NCBI GenBank assembly: GCA_964355365.1 | Contig: CAYHEX010000001.1 | Coordinates: forward strand, 1-51,681 | Direction of reading: 5' to 3' | Length of the DNA: 51,681 nt | DNA from: an uncultured Solibacteraceae bacterium | GTDB lineage: Bacteria; Acidobacteriota; Vicinamibacteria; Vicinamibacterales; SCN-69-37 | In this document: positions 26,901 through 33,686 of the stretch, piece after piece | Layout of the letters: each line of letters begins with the position of its first letter | Numbering within the stretch: position 1 is the stretch's first letter | Program-made: the position numbers and the translations under genes | The notes under the pieces: generated by a model | The model's input: the letters and a program-made list of their open reading frames with translations, nothing else | Told to the model about the DNA's origin: nothing | The model's database searches: none

Positions 26901-27504
26901 CGCGATCGTCAATCTCCGGCTCGATTTCCGGATCGACGATGAAGTGATTGGCGACATGAACCAGCGCCTGTCGGTGTATCGCCGGATGGCGGGGGCGCGG
27001 TCGATGGAGGAACTGGAGCGGTTGCTTGAAGAACTGCGCGACCGCTACGGGCCGCCGTCCCCGTCCATCCTGAATCTGGCGGAGTTTGCGCGGCTCAGGA
27101 TCCTGGCGGATGGCATCGGCCTCGAGAGCGTGGAGCGTGAAGGCCGCGTGGTGATGTTGAAATTCCGGCCGGACGCCAAGCTTGATCCTGCCTGGCTGTT
27201 CAGCGCTGTCAAAGCTCGGGGTGATCTTGTCCTGTTGCCGCCAGCCATCCTGAAGCTGGACCTAAATCGGCCGGCTGAGCCACCAGAGACGGCCCCGCGA
27301 GCGGATTTGCGGTCTAAGAAGAAGCCCACTCAGACGTCGGCGTCGTGGTGGACCACCCGGGCGAAGGCCGGGGAGGTGACTCCGGGGTTCAGCCGGGAGG
27401 TCATTCTGGCGCCCGGAGCCATCGATCCGAGAGCTACGGGGGGCCTGTTTGAACGGCTCGGCGACGTCCTGACCGAGTTGAGCCGCGGTATCAAAGCAAG
27501 CTAA
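23980..27504 (+). CDS. mfd: Transcription-repair coupling factor Mfd
   Basis: 1174 aa. CarD-like RID region (VGDLVVHVDNGIGRFVGL), helicase motifs GDVGYGKTEVAMRAAF and LLVVDEEQRFGV, and a TRG region. Confidence 0.95.
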   Translation: MLHPSSSLAFRSLLKTAAINSALAKPQVSISGVTPQAAALHAAMAAQDATVFLIVPADVDVEQFVADTRFFLGAVQGLSDDAVDRQVLPFPSQEVDPYRGLTPHLEVASARARALHALATRTARIIVASARALLPRLSAPERLAATGLVLRPGGEVAPRDLGEQLARAGFSPEDPVDEHGEFFVRGGVVDIYPAAESQPVRLEFVGDIIESLRRYDAATQRSLTALDQVTIAPQRELLDDPDAPDDPLRFDRSSHIIDYVRLAGAQVLAFEREDIETRGRQLEEQWRASAEDAIVRGRPAPPLSQLALDWDSIAIWLQSARHLTALALDNTAGIHVSCQPAPEFRGRIADWVADIRQARERNETTIFVAATSGRAERTMELLADYDVRARAIGQSDDLYAAAVLVTTGRLSKGFRLPEAALQVFSESDLFEEERRVHERRKSASSTFLSDFRDLKVGDLVVHVDNGIGRFVGLKQIGVGGGGTEAHEFMELRYSGEDKLFVPVERLDLVQKYTGGASPSLDRLGGTTWEKAKTRVKKAMRDMAEELLKLYAARKAAGGFAFSPNTHWQQEFNDAFEYDLTPDQQSAITDITRDMEAGLAMDRLLCGDVGYGKTEVAMRAAFKAVMDGKQVALLAPTTVLAFQHLRTLRERFTGFPVRIDMVSRFRTKQEQKETLVKLAAGQLDIIVGTHRLLSKDVIFRDLGLLVVDEEQRFGVSHKERIKQIRKRVDVLTMTATPIPRTLNMSLAGIRDMSVIETPPRDRLSIQTHVVKFDQDVIRRAIGTELERGGQVYFVHNRVESIFSIANLISRLVPDVKLGIGHGQMGDEELERVMVDFVAKKFDVLVATTIIENGLDIPNANTIIINRADRYGLSQLYQLRGRVGRADRRAYAYLLVPPTDALSPVARKRLAAIREFSDLGSGFRVAALDLEIRGAGNLLGGEQSGQIEAVGFDMYMKLLEETIKQLKGEDLEDDRRAIVNLRLDFRIDDEVIGDMNQRLSVYRRMAGARSMEELERLLEELRDRYGPPSPSILNLAEFARLRILADGIGLESVEREGRVVMLKFRPDAKLDPAWLFSAVKARGDLVLLPPAILKLDLNRPAEPPETAPRADLRSKKKPTQTSASWWTTRAKAGEVTPGFSREVILAPGAIDPRATGGLFERLGDVLTELSRGIKAS

Positions 27505-27529
27505 CATATTGATTCATAGGAACTTAGAC

Positions 27530-28603
27530 ATGAAACCACTGACTGCGTTTTTTGCCGCCTTTGTGCTCGTTGCTTCGGCGCCCGTGTTCACACAGGGCGT
27601 GATCCTCGAGCAGGTGCTCGTAAAGGTGAACGGCGAGATCTTCACCAAGACCGATCTTGAGCAGCGGCAGATTACCGCGTTGAGGGAAGGGAATCGTCAG
27701 GTGAACAGCCCTGGCGACCTCAAGAGTGACGCGACGCTCAAGGCGGCGCTGGCGGAGCTGACCCCCGGCTTGATTGTGGACGCGATCGACGAATTGTTGA
27801 TGGTGCAGCGCGGCAAGGAGCTCGGACTTCAGCCCAATTCGACCCAGTTGAAAGACACCGTTGACCGGATCAAGAAGCAGAACAACATCACCACGGATGC
27901 GCAGTTTCGGACGGCGCTCACGCAGTCCGGCATGTCCTACGAAGAATTCGAGAAGAATCTCGAGAAGGAATACATCAAGGCGCGCGTCCAGCAGCAGGAG
28001 ATCATGACCAAGATCCAGCTGACGGAGGAAGAATCCAAGGAGTACTACCGAACGCACACCAAGGAGTTCGAGAAGCCCGCCTCGATTTCCATTCGCGACA
28101 TCTTCATTGCCGTGCCGACTTCGGTGCAGGGTGGTCAGGTCGTGACCAATGTTGCCGCCGATGACGAAACCGCCAGGAAGATCGCTGATGTTCGCGCGCG
28201 AATCCTGAAGGGCGAGGATTTCACCAAGCTTGTCGCCGAAGTGTCGGAGTCGCCGTCGAAGGCCAACGGCGGGTTGATCGGCCCGATCAACATCTCGGAA
28301 CTGGCTCCGCAAGTGCACGAGTTGCTCGACAAGATGAAGGTCGGTGAAGTTTCGGAACCGATTCACACCCAGACCGGCTATCAATTGATCAAGCTCGAGA
28401 CGCGCACGGCGCCCACGCCGGAGCCGTTCGAGTCGGTACGTGACGACATCGCCAATCGGATTGGCTCGTCGCGGCTCGAAGCGGAGCAGAAGAAGTACAT
28501 CGACCGGTTGCGCGCGCAGGCGATCATCGAGTGGAAGAACGACGAACTCAAGAAGCTGTACGACCAGAAGATGGCCGGCGGCGTGGTCCCGGATCGTCCG
28601 TGA
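27530..28603 (+). CDS. Periplasmic SurA/PrsA-like peptidyl-prolyl isomerase (SurA-N chaperone domain + one parvulin domain)
   Basis: ATG 27530 gives signal peptide MKPLTAFFAAFVLVASAPVFTQG. Parvulin segment ISIRDIFIAV...GGLIGPINISELAPQVHELLDKMKVGEVSEPIHTQTGYQLIKL. Confidence 0.75.
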   Translation: MKPLTAFFAAFVLVASAPVFTQGVILEQVLVKVNGEIFTKTDLEQRQITALREGNRQVNSPGDLKSDATLKAALAELTPGLIVDAIDELLMVQRGKELGLQPNSTQLKDTVDRIKKQNNITTDAQFRTALTQSGMSYEEFEKNLEKEYIKARVQQQEIMTKIQLTEEESKEYYRTHTKEFEKPASISIRDIFIAVPTSVQGGQVVTNVAADDETARKIADVRARILKGEDFTKLVAEVSESPSKANGGLIGPINISELAPQVHELLDKMKVGEVSEPIHTQTGYQLIKLETRTAPTPEPFESVRDDIANRIGSSRLEAEQKKYIDRLRAQAIIEWKNDELKKLYDQKMAGGVVPDRP

Positions 28604-29088
28604 GCCAGTGGTACGCCATCTGGACCCGCTCGCGCCACGAGCAGGTGGTCCGCGAGCAACTCGAGCGCAAGGGGATGGAGGCATTTCTGCCCACCGTCAC
28701 GCGCTGGAGCCGATGGAAGGACCGTAAGAAGCAGGTCGACTGGCCGCTGTTCCCAGGGTATTGCTTCGCGAAATTCGAAATCAACGACCGCCTGGCGGTG
28801 ATGAAGTCGACCGGTGTTGTCAGCATCGTCTCGTTTAGTGGCGAACCATCGCCCATCCCGGAGCATGAGATCAGCAGCATTCGCACGCTGATCGATACCG
28901 ATCTGCAGTTCGACCCATGTCCAATGATCAAGGAGGGCATGATGGTGGAAGTGACGCACGGCCCGTTGCGCGGCGTTGTGGGCCGGCTGGTCCGTAAGGG
29001 CGCACACGCCAGGCTGGTGCTGTCGGTGGCATTGATCGGGCAAGGTGTTTCTGTGGAAGTGGACGCGGCGGACGTCAAACCGTACTGA
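28600..29088 (+). CDS. NusG-family paralog (UpxY/RfaH-like specialised transcription antiterminator)
   Basis: GTG 28600 overlaps the SurA-like TGA (GTGA). NGN domain WYAIWTRSRHEQVVREQLERKGMEAFLPTV...LFPGYCFAKF. KOW EGMMVEVTHGPLRGVVGRLV. Only 162 aa and not next to secE/rplK, so it is not the housekeeping nusG. Confidence 0.8.
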   Translation: MSQWYAIWTRSRHEQVVREQLERKGMEAFLPTVTRWSRWKDRKKQVDWPLFPGYCFAKFEINDRLAVMKSTGVVSIVSFSGEPSPIPEHEISSIRTLIDTDLQFDPCPMIKEGMMVEVTHGPLRGVVGRLVRKGAHARLVLSVALIGQGVSVEVDAADVKPY

Positions 29089-29090
29089 CA

Positions 29091-30173
29091 ATGAAGATCG
29101 GATCAATCACCCTCGAGCATCCGGTCGCGCTGGCGCCCATGGCCGGCATGACGGATACCGCGTTTCGCCGATTGGTGAAGCGCCGAGGCGGGTGCGGACT
29201 TGTGGTCACGGAGATGGTCAGTTCTGAGGGACTGGTCCGTGGCATCGATCGCACGCTCGAGTACGCGGAGTACACCGAGGAAGAGCGTCCGGTGTCGATT
29301 CAGATCTTCGGCGGCGACCCCGAGAAGATGGCGGACGCGGCGCAGATCGTTGAGGGCATGGGGGCCGATGTTGTTGACATCAACATGGGCTGCCCGGTGC
29401 CGAAGATTGCGAAGCACAACGCTGGCTGCAGCTTGATGCGCGAACCCGCGCACGCCGCCGCCGTGGTGCGTGCGATGGCGAAGGCCGTCAAGATCCCTGT
29501 CACCGTGAAGATGCGCGCAGGCTGGAATGAGCGCGAGATCAATGCGCCGGAGTTGGCGCGCATGGTGGAAGATGCCGGCGCCGCGGCCATCGCGGTACAC
29601 GGTCGAACGGCGGCCCAGTCGTATTCCGGCGAATCAGACTGGGACTTGATTGCCCGCATTGCCGCGAGCATCAAAATCCCGGTGTTTGGGTCCGGCGACT
29701 GTGTGGAGCCGGGGCAGGTCATCTCGCGACTCGAACATAGCGCTGTGGGCGGCGTGCTTGTTGGTCGGGGCGCGCTACGGAATCCGTGGATTTTCCGTCA
29801 GGCCGCTGAGATGGCATCCGGCCGGACTCCCGAGCCCGTCACACTGGAAGAGCGCGGCCGGTTCTTGCTCGACTACATGGATTTGCTGATCACTGAGCGC
29901 GTCGATGAAGCGAGTGGATTTCGCCATTTGGCGCCAGGGCAGGGCGATGAAGTCCCGAAGGCGCGCGGTCGTGAGAAGTGGGTCATCAACAAGCTTCGGG
30001 CGTTGAATTCCTGGTACACGAAGGGATTGACCGGTGGATCTCAGCTGAGGGTGTCCATCAACTCAGCTGAGTCCATCGATCAACTGCGATCAATAATTGT
30101 TGATTTTTTTGTCATTAACCCAAAAACAGTCAACATCGACGATCATCGTGCGCTCGCAGTGCTGCCAGAATAG
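29091..30173 (+). CDS. dusB: tRNA-dihydrouridine synthase (DusB-like)
   Basis: 360 aa. LAPMAGMTDTAFRRL, DINMGCPVPK (catalytic Cys), VKMRAGW and AIAVHGRT. Confidence 0.88.
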   Translation: MKIGSITLEHPVALAPMAGMTDTAFRRLVKRRGGCGLVVTEMVSSEGLVRGIDRTLEYAEYTEEERPVSIQIFGGDPEKMADAAQIVEGMGADVVDINMGCPVPKIAKHNAGCSLMREPAHAAAVVRAMAKAVKIPVTVKMRAGWNEREINAPELARMVEDAGAAAIAVHGRTAAQSYSGESDWDLIARIAASIKIPVFGSGDCVEPGQVISRLEHSAVGGVLVGRGALRNPWIFRQAAEMASGRTPEPVTLEERGRFLLDYMDLLITERVDEASGFRHLAPGQGDEVPKARGREKWVINKLRALNSWYTKGLTGGSQLRVSINSAESIDQLRSIIVDFFVINPKTVNIDDHRALAVLPE

Positions 30174-30437
30174 CTGCCCGACCTTGACGTGCAGCGGATG
30201 GTCCAAATAGACCTTGAGGCCATCGATGTCATCGAATTCAACCACAGAAGCATACGAATAGGCTGTATCACCAATTCTGGCTTCGTATGAGATTCCTATC
30301 TTCTGCCTCAAGCCAATAAATGACCGCCTGACGGTATCGATGTCGCTGAAAGTTACCCGCAGTAACTCGATGAAAGCGTCCCTCTCGGACATGGTGGTGC
30401 TGCTCTTGGGCTCAAAGAGCACGACATGCGCGATCAT
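30090..30437 (-). CDS. Dabb (stress-responsive alpha/beta-barrel) family protein
   Basis: 115 aa. IAHVVLFEPK...YSYASVVEFDDIDGLKVYLDHPLHVKVGQLF is typical of Dabb. ATGA overlap with the upstream repeat-protein gene. Visibly low GC. The 3' end overlaps the dusB 3' end by 84 nt. Confidence 0.8.
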   Translation of the reverse strand: MIAHVVLFEPKSSTTMSERDAFIELLRVTFSDIDTVRRSFIGLRQKIGISYEARIGDTAYSYASVVEFDDIDGLKVYLDHPLHVKVGQLFWQHCERTMIVDVDCFWVNDKKINNY

Positions 30438-31531
30438 TCCTTTGGCCTCCTCGGTCCTTTCGCAGCACCCATAGTGCCAAACGGCTTACGGGCACCAAAT
30501 GGCTTGCCGGCGCCGAACGGTTTTCGTGCGCCAAACGGCTTGCTGGCTCCGAACGGCTTGCGCTCCCCAGCGGGCGGGCCTTCCCGGCGCGGTCCGTCAA
30601 AGGGTTTGCGGTCTTCAAACGGCTTTTTGGCCGCAAACGGCTTCTTGTCGCCCCACGGCTTCCGTTCGCCAAACGCCTTCTTCTCTGCCCACGGCTTGCG
30701 TTCACCGGCTGGCGGGCCTTCACGCCTCGGGCCATCGAACGGCTTTCGATCGCCAAACGGCTTCTTGGCCGCAAACGGCTTCTTGTCGCCCCACGGCTTC
30801 CGCTCGCCGAACGTCTTCTTGTCCGCCCACGGTTTCCGCTCGCCGGCCGGTGGGCCTTCCCGCCGGGGACCGTCCGCATCGAACTTCTTCGGACCGGCCC
30901 AGGGCTTCTTCTCGCCGTACGGCTTGCGCTCGCCGAATGCCTTCTTCTCGCCGTAGGGCTTTCGGTCACCGAACGGCTTCTTGTCACCAAACGGCGCTTT
31001 GGCCTCGTACGGTTTCCTCTCGCTGAACGGCTTTCGCTCCGTATTGAACGCACGCTTCTCGCTGAACGGCTTCCGTTCACCGAACGGCTTCTGTTCTGCG
31101 TAGGACTTCCGCTCTGCAAACGGCTTCCGCTCGCGAAATGGTGGCTGTTCCGGGCGCGGTGCGCTTGACTCTTCCGGCGGTTTGGTCGTGCCGGCCTCAT
31201 CGGCGCGGCTGTTCATCACGAGCCGCTCCTTAAAACGTGCGCGGCGCACATCGCGGGTAATTTGGTACTTCGCGCGCGGATCCTTGTGATCGCCGCCCGG
31301 CCGCCAGTCCTTCTTGCGTTCCTTGCGGAACCCGTCCCGCTCGCGACCCCGCGCATCCGCCTGGTCCTGCGTTTCAAAGAACCGCGTGCCGTCGAACCAG
31401 CGGATGACGGCATCCGGCTGCTTGCGCTGCAACTGCTTCAGCGTCGGCGTCAGCGTTTCCTGATCGCGCGCGCGAAACGACGTCGGCACGTTGCCGACCA
31501 CAATCACCCAGTACATTCCTGCTCGGGCCAT
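30434..31531 (-). CDS. Hypothetical protein: ~115-aa N-terminal globular region + ~235-aa highly basic tandem-repeat tail of (D/E)(R/K)KP(F/W/Y)(G/A) units
   Basis: 365-aa ORF with AGGAAG SD ~10 nt upstream of the ATG. About 35 hexapeptide units (ERKPFG, DKKPFG, ERKPWG...). A 46-aa super-repeat GPRREGPPAGERKPW... starts at aa 221, 267 and 313. I recognise no family for the N-terminal part. Confidence 0.7.
   Translation of the reverse strand: MARAGMYWVIVVGNVPTSFRARDQETLTPTLKQLQRKQPDAVIRWFDGTRFFETQDQADARGRERDGFRKERKKDWRPGGDHKDPRAKYQITRDVRRARFKERLVMNSRADEAGTTKPPEESSAPRPEQPPFRERKPFAERKSYAEQKPFGERKPFSEKRAFNTERKPFSERKPYEAKAPFGDKKPFGDRKPYGEKKAFGERKPYGEKKPWAGPKKFDADGPRREGPPAGERKPWADKKTFGERKPWGDKKPFAAKKPFGDRKPFDGPRREGPPAGERKPWAEKKAFGERKPWGDKKPFAAKKPFEDRKPFDGPRREGPPAGERKPFGASKPFGARKPFGAGKPFGARKPFGTMGAAKGPRRPKE
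30554..30871 (-). repeat. 138-bp higher-order tandem repeat (2 full copies + partial third) inside the repeat-protein CDS
   Basis: aa 221-266 and 267-312 are near-identical (GPRREGPPAGERKPWA[D/E]KK[T/A]FGERKPWGDKKPFAAKKPF[G/E]DRKPFD). A third copy starts at aa 313. The DNA copies differ at scattered positions. Confidence 0.85.
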
Positions 31532-31545
31532 GTCAGTTCTGCTTC

Positions 31546-32964
31546 CTAGCGCTGTTCAAGGCGCTTCAACTTCTCAATCAATGTCGTGCGTTTGAGCCCG
31601 AGCAATTCGGCGGCTTGCCGTTTGTTGCCTTTCGTTCTTACGAGGGCCTGGCGGATGCGGCTGTGTTCGTACCGCGATACTTCGTCGTCGAGATTGGTAC
31701 CGGCCTCGGGCAATTCCAGATCGTCGGCCGGACGGGGCGCCTGCGCGCGCTGCACTTCGTCCGGCAGGTCGCTCGCCTCGATCTGCGCGCGGCCGGGTGA
31801 GAGCGAAAATGCGCGCTCGATCACGTTCTCGAGGTGGCGAACATTACCCGGCCAATCGAACGCCATCAGCGCCTGTTGCGCTTCTTGGGACAGCGTCACG
31901 CGACCCCGTGCCGGGACTGACTGTTTTGCCAACTGGTCCAGAAAGTACTGCGCGAGGAGCGGGATGTCCGCGCGCCGCTCGCGCAACGATGGCAGCCGGA
32001 TCGGAATCACATTCAGCCGATAGAACAGGTCTTCGCGAAATGTGCCGGCTTCGACCATCTTTTTCAGATCAGAGTTCGTGGCGGCCACCACGCGCACATC
32101 CACGCGAATGGTCTGCGAATCCCCGACGCGTTCAAATTCTCTCGACTGCAACACCCGCAACAATTTCGCCTGCAATGCCGGGCTCATCGTCCCGATTTCG
32201 TCGAGGAACAGCGTGCCCCGATGCGCCTGCTCCAATCGGCCCTGACGATTTGCGATCGCGCCCGTGAACGCGCCCCGCACATGTCCGAATAATTCCGCCT
32301 CGAGCAGGGTTTCGGGAATCGCGCTGCAGTTGATGGCGACAAACTTCTGCGCACGACGCGGACTGGCGTCATGCAGCCCACGCGCGGCGAGCTCTTTGCC
32401 TGTGCCGGTGTCACCCGTGATCAACACGGTGCTGGTCGTGACGGCCACCGTGTCGAGCAATTCGAACAGCTTCATCATCACCGGCGTGCGGCCAATCATG
32501 CCGTCGATGCTGTAGCGATCGCGCAGCTGCGCGCGCAGGTAGGCATTTTCCGCGCGCAGTTTGCGTCGTTCGATCGCCGTGCTCAATTCGTGTCGGAGCT
32601 CTTCGAATTGAAACGGTTTCGTGATGAAACCTTCCGCGCCCTGTCGTGTGACTTCGACCGCCTCGCGGACCGTGCCGAACCCGGTGATGACGATCGCGAT
32701 GATGTCGGGGTATCGCGCCAGCGCTTCGTCCAACAACTGCCGGCCGTCGACGCCCGGCAGGCGCAGGTCAGTGATCAAGATGTCGAAGGCGAATTCCGCC
32801 AGACGTTCCAGCGCCAGTTCTCCGGTGCCGGCCTGTTCGACCGTGAACCCCTGTTCCGCGAGTTGCTCGGCGATGGCCGTGCGGAACCCCTCCTCGTCAT
32901 CGACCAGGAGCAGGTGGGTGGGGTTGTCCGGGGCGATCATCAGGATGACGACATTTTGACACAC
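31546..32964 (-). CDS. Sigma-54-dependent response regulator (NtrC family: REC + AAA+ + Fis-type HTH)
   Basis: REC LLLVDDEEG...DILITDLRLPGVDG. AAA+ GDTGTGKE, GAFTGA (sigma-54 contact loop), LFLDEIG. C-terminal RQAAELLGLKRTTLIEKLKR. Start is GTG 32964 or ATG 32940. Confidence 0.92.
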   Translation of the reverse strand: MCQNVVILMIAPDNPTHLLLVDDEEGFRTAIAEQLAEQGFTVEQAGTGELALERLAEFAFDILITDLRLPGVDGRQLLDEALARYPDIIAIVITGFGTVREAVEVTRQGAEGFITKPFQFEELRHELSTAIERRKLRAENAYLRAQLRDRYSIDGMIGRTPVMMKLFELLDTVAVTTSTVLITGDTGTGKELAARGLHDASPRRAQKFVAINCSAIPETLLEAELFGHVRGAFTGAIANRQGRLEQAHRGTLFLDEIGTMSPALQAKLLRVLQSREFERVGDSQTIRVDVRVVAATNSDLKKMVEAGTFREDLFYRLNVIPIRLPSLRERRADIPLLAQYFLDQLAKQSVPARGRVTLSQEAQQALMAFDWPGNVRHLENVIERAFSLSPGRAQIEASDLPDEVQRAQAPRPADDLELPEAGTNLDDEVSRYEHSRIRQALVRTKGNKRQAAELLGLKRTTLIEKLKRLEQR

Positions 32965-33014
32965 CGCGATGGTCTATAGCTGTTTCACGCGCGGGCCGAT
33001 AGTTCCAATCGAAT

Positions 33015-33233
33015 ATGAACACCGTCGAGCGTCAAACAGTTTCCATCCCCCGCGCATGTGAGTTGGTCAGCGTGAGCCGCCGCACCATCTACAACTGGAT
33101 GGCCAGCGGAAAGGTCCATTACGTCAGGACCGCCGGTGGCTCCGTGCGGATCTTTGCCGACACGCTGTGGCGAGGGCCCGAACCGGCGTCGGCCGACACC
33201 TGGATCGAAGAACCGCTGCGCCGGGGCGCGTAG
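33015..33233 (+). CDS. Small excisionase/MerR-superfamily HTH (HTH_17-like) DNA-binding protein
   Basis: 72 aa. VSIPRACELVSVSRRTIYNWMASGKVHYVRTAGGSVRIFADTL is the typical excisionase-family HTH. No obvious SD. Confidence 0.7.
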   Translation: MNTVERQTVSIPRACELVSVSRRTIYNWMASGKVHYVRTAGGSVRIFADTLWRGPEPASADTWIEEPLRRGA

Positions 33234-33437
33234 GTGACGGAGCCAGAACTCAGCAAGCTGTTCCATCAACTGAACAACCAACTGGGCGTCATTCTCGCTA
33301 ACGCCGAGTTGCTGGAACAGCGGTTGGCTGATCCAAATCACAAGTCCCGCGCCGGTCAGGTTGTCGCGGGGGCCCTTGACGCCATCAGCACGGCGAAGCG
33401 GATCAAGCACTTGACGAGTGCCTTGGACACGCCATAG
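33234..33437 (+). CDS. Stand-alone histidine-kinase DHp (HisKA H-box) mini-protein, 67 aa, no ATPase domain
   Basis: GTG directly abuts the TAG of the HTH ORF, in the same frame. LFHQLNNQLGVILANAELLEQRL + loop + AGQVVAGALDAISTAKRIKHLTSAL forms a two-helix hairpin. Its H-box resembles that of the neighbouring kinase (VAHELNNPLATVLACAERL). Confidence 0.5.
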   Translation: MTEPELSKLFHQLNNQLGVILANAELLEQRLADPNHKSRAGQVVAGALDAISTAKRIKHLTSALDTP

Positions 33438-33621
33438 CTCCCGTCAGGACCATGACTCTTCGATCAATAAACAGCCAATAATTTGACGGCCATTGCCACT
33501 TCAGCACGCCATTTCACACCGCTGCACAGGCCGACAATATTCGTCTAAACCATTGTACCAATTGGCCTTACTGACAAATTCTCCTCAAGTCTGATTTTCG
33601 CTATATTTTCGCATATCCGGA

Positions 33622-33636
33622 TGGCACTGCCATTGC
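33622..33636 (+). promoter_or_regulatory. Sigma-54 (-24/-12) promoter
   Basis: TGGCACtgccaTTGC matches TGGCAC-N5-TTGC with correct GG/GC spacing. It lies 51 nt upstream of ATG 33687 (GGAGG SD at 33676-33680) and 0.66 kb from a GAFTGA-containing EBP gene. Confidence 0.7.
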
Positions 33637-33686
33637 GGAAGGGAAGGGCATGGGGCCTCTTCCCGGGGCCTTCTTGGAGGTTCAGA

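Noticed and set aside
30426-31026. Plus-strand ORFs (176 and 175 aa) with their own repeats (GLRSPNGF..., TASCRPTASV...)
   Set aside because: They are reverse-frame images of the KPFG repeat gene. The minus-strand frame has an SD, an ATGA coupling to the Dabb gene and a non-repetitive N-terminal domain.
33015-33233. Excisionase-type HTH as a marker of a prophage or integrative element
   Set aside because: There is no integrase, tRNA gene, att-like direct repeats or phage genes anywhere nearby. The flanking genes are regulators.
33621-33686. Upstream start (33621) for the sigma factor given by the ORF track
   Set aside because: That start would place the sigma-54 promoter inside the CDS, adds a non-conserved Gly/Pro/Trp-rich peptide and lacks an SD. 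ATG 33687 has GGAGG at optimal spacing.
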